Origin: Candidatus Hydrothermarchaeota archaeon
Lineage (GTDB): Archaea > CAYFZR01
NCBI GenBank assembly: GCA_046760505.1
Contig: JBHIEG010000009.1
Location: forward strand, 1-64,000
Direction of reading: 5' to 3'
Length of the DNA: 64,000 nucleotides
Shown here one piece after another: positions 58,134 to 64,000 of the stretch (position 1 is its first letter; every line of letters starts with the position of its first letter). Below the pieces are notes generated by a model, which saw nothing but the letters and a program-made list of their open reading frames with translations, was not told the DNA's origin and did no database searches. Both the position numbers and the translations under genes were made by a program.

Positions 58134-58360
58134 AAGAAGAAGTAGAAAAAGTAATCAATGAATACATCAGACCAAGCCTCAAAGCAGACGGAGGAGACAT
58201 AGAATTAGTCGATATAGACGAGAAAAACGATATCGTAAAGGTAAGATTGGTTGGAGCCTGTGCTGGCTGTCCAATGTCTCAATTTACTGCTCTTAATGTG
58301 GTAGAGAGTACACTGAAAAGGTTTGTTAAGGATACTATAATAGTGGAGACCGTTATTTAG
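58130..58360 (+). CDS. NifU/Nfu-type Fe-S carrier
   Basis: IRPSLKADGGDIELV, GACAGCP. Confidence 0.92.
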   Translation: MKEEVEKVINEYIRPSLKADGGDIELVDIDEKNDIVKVRLVGACAGCPMSQFTALNVVESTLKRFVKDTIIVETVI

Positions 58361-58369
58361 CAAATATAT

Positions 58370-59008
58370 TTACATCGGGTATCTGACATCGTAAAAAGGC
58401 TTTTCCAAGTCCTCAATTATTTTAGAAGGTATATCCACGACTTTTTTAGACTTCTTAATCAAAACGTGATCGCTCGTTGCGATACATTCAAAACTCAAAA
58501 GGTCCCTATCACAATGTTTTGACGTGATTGCAGTGCCATTTAAACCTTTTTTCTCTATAAAATCTTTTACCTTGCTCGACAGTTCTCCGCTCTTTCTGAC
58601 AGGACTATCAAAAACAAAAACTACTTCTCTTGGAGGATAATGACTCAAGACATCTAAAATGAGATTCATTGCCTTCATTGTATATTCATTTATCCTATAC
58701 TTTCCAAAAGAGGCTTCAACGTCCCTTATGAATGAGTCATCGCATTTTATTAAAGGTCTATCCATTAGTATGCACTCCGTGGTGATCAAAACGTTATATC
58801 CATCGATCCCTAAATTTAAGTTCTCTAATTCATTCATTTTTATGCGCCTTTTGCAAAGCAATTCTGCCTCTTTCTTAGAAAATACAGCTCTAGCAAGAAG
58901 ATTTCTTTCCTTCGGTGAAAGCATATGGTGATCTGAAACGAACTTTAGGGCGCTTTTCTTCTTGTAACCATGATTTAAAAGAAATCTAAGCTCATTGGCA
59001 GCTTTCAA
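58370..59008 (-). CDS. DUF434 domain protein (PIN-like)
   Basis: LRFLLNHGY, IDGYNVLIT, D.FIRD, SGEL, ATSD; TTG at 59008 just after the leuS stop. Confidence 0.8.
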   Translation of the reverse strand: MKAANELRFLLNHGYKKKSALKFVSDHHMLSPKERNLLARAVFSKKEAELLCKRRIKMNELENLNLGIDGYNVLITTECILMDRPLIKCDDSFIRDVEASFGKYRINEYTMKAMNLILDVLSHYPPREVVFVFDSPVRKSGELSSKVKDFIEKKGLNGTAITSKHCDRDLLSFECIATSDHVLIKKSKKVVDIPSKIIEDLEKPFYDVRYPM

Positions 59009-59012
59009 TACT

Positions 59013-61880
59013 TTATTCCATGTAAATTGCTGGTTTAAATGGTTTTGCGTGTTTTCTCTTATTTTTTGGGTCATATGCTTCTTCTTCCGTAACAATATGG
59101 ATATTTGTTTTTGTTTGATCTGATAAAAAGTCTTTCGATTCCCACAAAATGTCTTTTTCTTCTAGAGAAAAATCTAGGATTTTTTTAATTCTCTCGGGAT
59201 GCATCTTGTTTACTTCATCTATGATGAGCAAGGCAAATTTTTTTATTTCTTCTGTATAACTCTTCAATTCTTCATCTTTTTTAAAGGCATCCAAAATTTT
59301 AGGAAACTCTATCTTTCCTTTCAGTCTTTCTTTCAGCATTACTCGGTAGACCTTGTCTTTCCATGGCGGAGCCAGATATATGTAGGTGTTTTTTGGCGTT
59401 ATATTTGTTATTTTAAGTATGGCTTCTATATCCGCCATGAGATTATCAATATATTCTTCTGCCAATTCTACATTGTAATCAATTAGTTTTTCATCAACTT
59501 TTGGCCATTCCGCGTTGAATACAAAACCTGAGTTACCCATTCTCTCCCATAACTCCTCACACATATGGGGTATGAATGGAGCAAGCAATCTTATCCAGAC
59601 ATTCATTACCCGCATTAGCACTTCTTTGTTTGGCTTTTTTGCTCTTCTTAAATATCTCCTAACATCGCGCATCAAAGAAAAGAAAGACTCTTGAACCGCT
59701 CTTCTTGTTTGAAAAGAGTTCAATGAGTTTGTTGTCTCTCTTATCCTTTCCTGAAGTCTACTTAGTAGCCATCTATCTATAGATCTAACCTCGTCTTCAT
59801 ATGAATCCATGTCTATGATATCGTTGGCAAGTTTCCAGAATCTCTGAAGATTTTGCTCCATGGATCTTATTTGCCTCTCCTGCCAGTCGAAGTCTTGCCA
59901 TGGATCTGCTGAGAACATCAGGTACATTCTTGTGGTATCTCCTCCATACCTCTCCAAGGCATCTTGGAACAGGATTACGTTTCCTTTGGACGATGACATT
60001 TTTTCTCCTTCTAAAAGACCTATTCCAAAGACCACAATCCCACGGGGCCAGTTTTCTTCAGGGAATATCGCGGTATGGTGAAAGATGTGGAATGAGAGGT
60101 GGTTTCCTATCAAATCCTTTGCGGAGAATCTTATGTTCACCGGATACCAGTAGGTGAATTCTCTTCTCATCGCCTTCAATGCGTGGATGCTTATGTTTTT
60201 TTTCTCTGAGATTTCTTCAGGGGAGCCTAAACCAAAGAAAATATAATCGAATACATTATCGTCAAGTTGGTCTGGACTCAGGTTTTTTATTATGTGGGAT
60301 ATGGTGTAGTAAGCCATGTAGACAGTAGAATCGCTCAGAGGCTCTACTATCCAGTTTAAATCCCAAGGTATCCTTGTTCCAAGACCGATCTTCCTAGCGC
60401 AGGCCCAGTCATTCAGCCAGTCTATTACATAGAGAAAGTTTGCTCTCACTTCCTCAGGTACAATTATCATCTGGTTAAGACATTTTCTCGCTGATTCCTT
60501 CCACTCTTTATCGGAGTACTTCAGAAACCACTGATCGCTCAATAGCTTAACCAAACACTTTGTGCCGCATCTGCATATTACAGGCTTTTCTGAGAAATCC
60601 CACATTAAATTGGCTTTATTTTCTTTTATAAAATCGTTTTTGACCATTTCTCTTGCTTCAAATACGCTATAATTACCATATTTTGGAATATTTCCTAGCA
60701 TACGCCCTTTTGCAAATTCAATTCTGTATATTTCTTCTGTCAATTCTTCTAATTTTTTATCATTCTGATCATTTACGTTGTATTTTTCTACGATCTCTTT
60801 TGCAGGATATTCTCCGTAACCCTCTACTTCTATGAGAGAAATAGGTTCTATTTGACTCACATCAATATTGTATTCTTCAAGAAAAGAAGAATCATCTTTC
60901 AATTGTTTCAACGCGACGTAATCATAGGGTGCATGAGCAGGAACGCTCATTACTATGCCGCTAGCATAATCAGGATCCACGAAGGAGGCGGGGAGTATAA
61001 TTAACTGATTACCAAGAGCAGGATTCTTTGCGTATTTTCCAACAAGAACTTTTCCGCTTATGATTTTTTCTTTATGGACATTATATCCCTGTTCTTTAAG
61101 TTTTTCCACTGATTCTTCGCTTATTATCCACTTTTCCCCGTCTACATCTGCGACAATGTAATCAATATCGGGTCTAACCCACAGATTTGTGGCACCAAAA
61201 ACTGTTTCTGGTCTTAAGGTTCCGCATGGAATCTTGTAATCATTGTACTCAAATTTTAGTAGGGTAAATGCTAATATGTTGGCTTCTTCACCTTCCAGTA
61301 GATCGTGATCTCCTACAGGATTTTTGTCATTTGGACACCATTTTACCGGGTGCTCTCCCCTAGCAACATATCCTTTCTCTCTTAATTTTCTAAACTGCCA
61401 TTCTATGAATTTATTGTACTGAGGATCAGTTGTAGTGAATTCTCTTCTCCAATCTATAGAGTAACCAATTCTGTTCATGTTATTCTTGTATTCCCTGCAG
61501 AAATATTCCACAATCTTGTGCGGATTGGTAAACATGGACAGAGTCTTTTCATCAACCCGGTAGAGATCTTTGTAGAGACTTAATACACTTTGATCTCCTC
61601 GCTGAAACCTACTTGCAATTCCAACTACCGGTGCACCAGTAACGTGCCAAGCCATTGGAAACAATACATTGTAACCCTGCATTCTTTTAAAACGGGCGAT
61701 TACATCAGGTACGGTATATGTTCTCCCATGTCCTACATGCATTGAACCGGATGGATAGGGGTAGGCAACAGTGATGTAGAACTTTGGTTTTTCTTGGGGC
61801 TTTGAATGGTGAAGACCTTCCTTTTTCCAAATCTCTTGCCATTTTGCTTCGAATTCTCTCCACTCTGACATGACTTTCAC
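59013..61880 (-). CDS. leuS: Leucine--tRNA ligase (archaeal type)
   Basis: [19 protein letters not shown] editing domain, [16 protein letters not shown]. Confidence 0.96.
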   Translation of the reverse strand: MKVMSEWREFEAKWQEIWKKEGLHHSKPQEKPKFYITVAYPYPSGSMHVGHGRTYTVPDVIARFKRMQGYNVLFPMAWHVTGAPVVGIASRFQRGDQSVLSLYKDLYRVDEKTLSMFTNPHKIVEYFCREYKNNMNRIGYSIDWRREFTTTDPQYNKFIEWQFRKLREKGYVARGEHPVKWCPNDKNPVGDHDLLEGEEANILAFTLLKFEYNDYKIPCGTLRPETVFGATNLWVRPDIDYIVADVDGEKWIISEESVEKLKEQGYNVHKEKIISGKVLVGKYAKNPALGNQLIILPASFVDPDYASGIVMSVPAHAPYDYVALKQLKDDSSFLEEYNIDVSQIEPISLIEVEGYGEYPAKEIVEKYNVNDQNDKKLEELTEEIYRIEFAKGRMLGNIPKYGNYSVFEAREMVKNDFIKENKANLMWDFSEKPVICRCGTKCLVKLLSDQWFLKYSDKEWKESARKCLNQMIIVPEEVRANFLYVIDWLNDWACARKIGLGTRIPWDLNWIVEPLSDSTVYMAYYTISHIIKNLSPDQLDDNVFDYIFFGLGSPEEISEKKNISIHALKAMRREFTYWYPVNIRFSAKDLIGNHLSFHIFHHTAIFPEENWPRGIVVFGIGLLEGEKMSSSKGNVILFQDALERYGGDTTRMYLMFSADPWQDFDWQERQIRSMEQNLQRFWKLANDIIDMDSYEDEVRSIDRWLLSRLQERIRETTNSLNSFQTRRAVQESFFSLMRDVRRYLRRAKKPNKEVLMRVMNVWIRLLAPFIPHMCEELWERMGNSGFVFNAEWPKVDEKLIDYNVELAEEYIDNLMADIEAILKITNITPKNTYIYLAPPWKDKVYRVMLKERLKGKIEFPKILDAFKKDEELKSYTEEIKKFALLIIDEVNKMHPERIKKILDFSLEEKDILWESKDFLSDQTKTNIHIVTEEEAYDPKNKRKHAKPFKPAIYME

Positions 61881-64000
61881 TCCAGAATCGTGCGAAGGTA
61901 TGATAGAATATCTTTCAGCGCATCATCTTCCCATTTTTTCACACTTCCTTTGGCAAGATTCTTTTTTCCGCCTCCTCCGCCACCCATTCTTGAGGTAATC
62001 TCCTTAATTAAATCGTTCGCGCTTACATCAATGGATTCTCCAACGCTTACAACTACATAATTTTTGGGATTTCTTAGAATTGATATCGTATCTCTTCTTT
62101 TATTCATCATCTGAATAGCTGTTTTTTCAAGTTCTTTGTCGGATAAATCAAGTTTTTCTTTTATTACCAATGATTTCCCTATTTTTTCTCCTTTTTTCAC
62201 AAGTTCTTCGACTTTCAGAGAAGCTAATTCTTCTTGGAGTCTCTCAACGTCCTTTTTAAGTTCCTTCCATTCCGTAAAGAAACGTCTAGCGGTTTCTGGA
62301 GTTTGCGTTATGGGTACCTTAAAAATACCTGCAGTGCTTTCCAGAGTTTCTTCCAATTCTTGAATCTGCTCTATGGCAGGCAGTCCTGCTGAAAACTCAA
62401 ATCTTTCAACGCCGTCTTGGATTCTTTCATTTCTTATTATTTTGATAGTCCCAATCTCTCCGGTATAATCTACATGTGTTCCAGCACAAGCCTGAGCATC
62501 TACGTTGTTGATTTCTAGGATGCGTATGTTCTTTCCCGGAACAACTCCTCCCTGATACAATCTAAATCCATATTTCTTTTCAGCCTGATTTCTTTCCATC
62601 CAAATCTTACGTACTGGCAGGTTTTTCATAACGTATTCATTTGCAAGCCTTTCGATTTGTCTTAATTGTTGTTTGGTAACTCGTTGGTAGTGTGTTAAAT
62701 CAATTCTGGCGCTTTTCTCTCCTTTTTGGGCTCCAGCCTGCCAGATGTGATTTCCTAATACATTTCTTGCAGCAGCCATTACCAAATGAGTGGCAGTGTG
62801 ATGCCTAACGTGAGCCAATCTTCTCTCTTTATTTATTTTACCAAGAATCTCTCCGTATTCGACTTTTCCTCTTATCCTATGCACGACCACATTCTTTACC
62901 TTTTGTACATCTATGACTTCTACTTCCCTACCGTTTTGTTCGAAGTAACCTGTGTCGCATGGTTGACCTCCTCCCTCTGGATAGAAGTACGTCTTATCTA
63001 GTATGACAAAATCCCCTTCTAGTCCAATTACGTTTGCTTTGAATTCGAAAACATTTGGATCTTTGTAAAATAGTAATTCTGTAGGCGGGTATTCTTTAAT
63101 CTCAATTTTTTCTTCCTTTATTTCTTCCTCTCTTTTTTGATGGAGCTCCGCTACCTTGGCATAAAAATCGTCAGGAATATTTACTTCTATATCATCCTTT
63201 GCAATTTCCCTAACTATCTCCGGAGGTATTCCCTGCGAGTCATATAGATTTATAAGTGTGGTGACATCTAACTCCTTTTTACCTCTCTTTTTGATAGCAC
63301 TGACTGTTCTTAAAACGAGCCTTTCTCCTCTCTTCAAAGTTTCTTTATATCTTTTTTCTTCTACGTTTACCTCATCCAGTATGGTGTCCATGTTTTCTAT
63401 TAATTCTGGAAAACTGGAACCTAAGTACTCTATTTGCATCGCCACGATCTCAGAGAAAGAGAGATCCAACTCTAATTCTTTTAGAAATCTTAAGGCACGT
63501 CTCAATACGAGTCTTGCCAGATAACCTTCTCTAACATTGGAAGGGACTATTCCATCTCCAAACATGAATGATATACATCTTGAGTGGTCTGCTAGTGTAT
63601 AAATCGATTCTAGTGGCTCCATTATTTTTGATAGTTCGACAACGTCGATCCCGATTTTTTCTGCTACCTTTTTTCTTAATTTTCGCACGTCTGCGAGTGT
63701 CATTATGTCCATCAGACCAGCTAATTTAGCGTGTTCGATTACGATATCCTTTTCTTCCTTTACTCCAGCCAATTTTTTTAATTTAACAAGAAAAGCATCG
63801 AAAACAGCATCATATGCGGTAGGAGTACCTTGAGAAACCCACGTAAATCTTTCCAGGCCGTAGCCAGTATCAACGACCTTCATGTCCATCTCACGATATT
63901 CTCCGTTTATGGGCCCCTCATACTGCATAAAAACTAAGGTGGCTAATTCTGCGCCATCTACTATAGCCTCAAAACACGGGCCTGCGTTGCCACCACCCTC
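61877..64000 (-). CDS. alaS: Alanine--tRNA ligase (5' end outside the window)
   Basis: Frame open to the window end (EGGGNAGPC), [17 protein letters not shown] and ACAGTH editing motifs, GGGGG. Confidence 0.96.
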   Translation of the reverse strand, partial: EGGGNAGPCFEAIVDGAELATLVFMQYEGPINGEYREMDMKVVDTGYGLERFTWVSQGTPTAYDAVFDAFLVKLKKLAGVKEEKDIVIEHAKLAGLMDIMTLADVRKLRKKVAEKIGIDVVELSKIMEPLESIYTLADHSRCISFMFGDGIVPSNVREGYLARLVLRRALRFLKELELDLSFSEIVAMQIEYLGSSFPELIENMDTILDEVNVEEKRYKETLKRGERLVLRTVSAIKKRGKKELDVTTLINLYDSQGIPPEIVREIAKDDIEVNIPDDFYAKVAELHQKREEEIKEEKIEIKEYPPTELLFYKDPNVFEFKANVIGLEGDFVILDKTYFYPEGGGQPCDTGYFEQNGREVEVIDVQKVKNVVVHRIRGKVEYGEILGKINKERRLAHVRHHTATHLVMAAARNVLGNHIWQAGAQKGEKSARIDLTHYQRVTKQQLRQIERLANEYVMKNLPVRKIWMERNQAEKKYGFRLYQGGVVPGKNIRILEINNVDAQACAGTHVDYTGEIGTIKIIRNERIQDGVERFEFSAGLPAIEQIQELEETLESTAGIFKVPITQTPETARRFFTEWKELKKDVERLQEELASLKVEELVKKGEKIGKSLVIKEKLDLSDKELEKTAIQMMNKRRDTISILRNPKNYVVVSVGESIDVSANDLIKEITSRMGGGGGGKKNLAKGSVKKWEDDALKDILSYLRTILE

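Overview
This is an AT-rich archaeal chromosomal segment, most consistent with an anaerobic, thermophilic euryarchaeote. The evidence is archaeal Cdc6/DP1/LeuRS/AlaRS, di-myo-inositol-phosphate and branched-polyamine genes, and methanogen-type marker genes without mcr in the window. It contains the replication origin (four ORB boxes, cdc6, DP1), two large thiol/redox/oxidative-stress clusters, a mer operon, a TusA/DsrE sulfur-relay operon joined to iscS-iscU-nfu, and housekeeping genes. No rRNA, tRNA, CRISPR array or intact mobile element was seen. The most notable observations are: (1) an unassigned ~168-nt highly structured RNA gene with its own TATA box and T-tract at 33186-33353; (2) a divergent RtcB-like gene head-to-head with an M14 peptidase plus a circularly permuted ATP-grasp ligase; (3) a glutaredoxin-FTR-membrane-domain fusion; (4) a stand-alone MtrA-GYF_2 fusion and a FwdB-like gene lacking its catalytic Cys; (5) three clear palindromic operators; (6) several small genes missing from the ORF track. 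All calls come from motif recognition by eye; no database searches were run.
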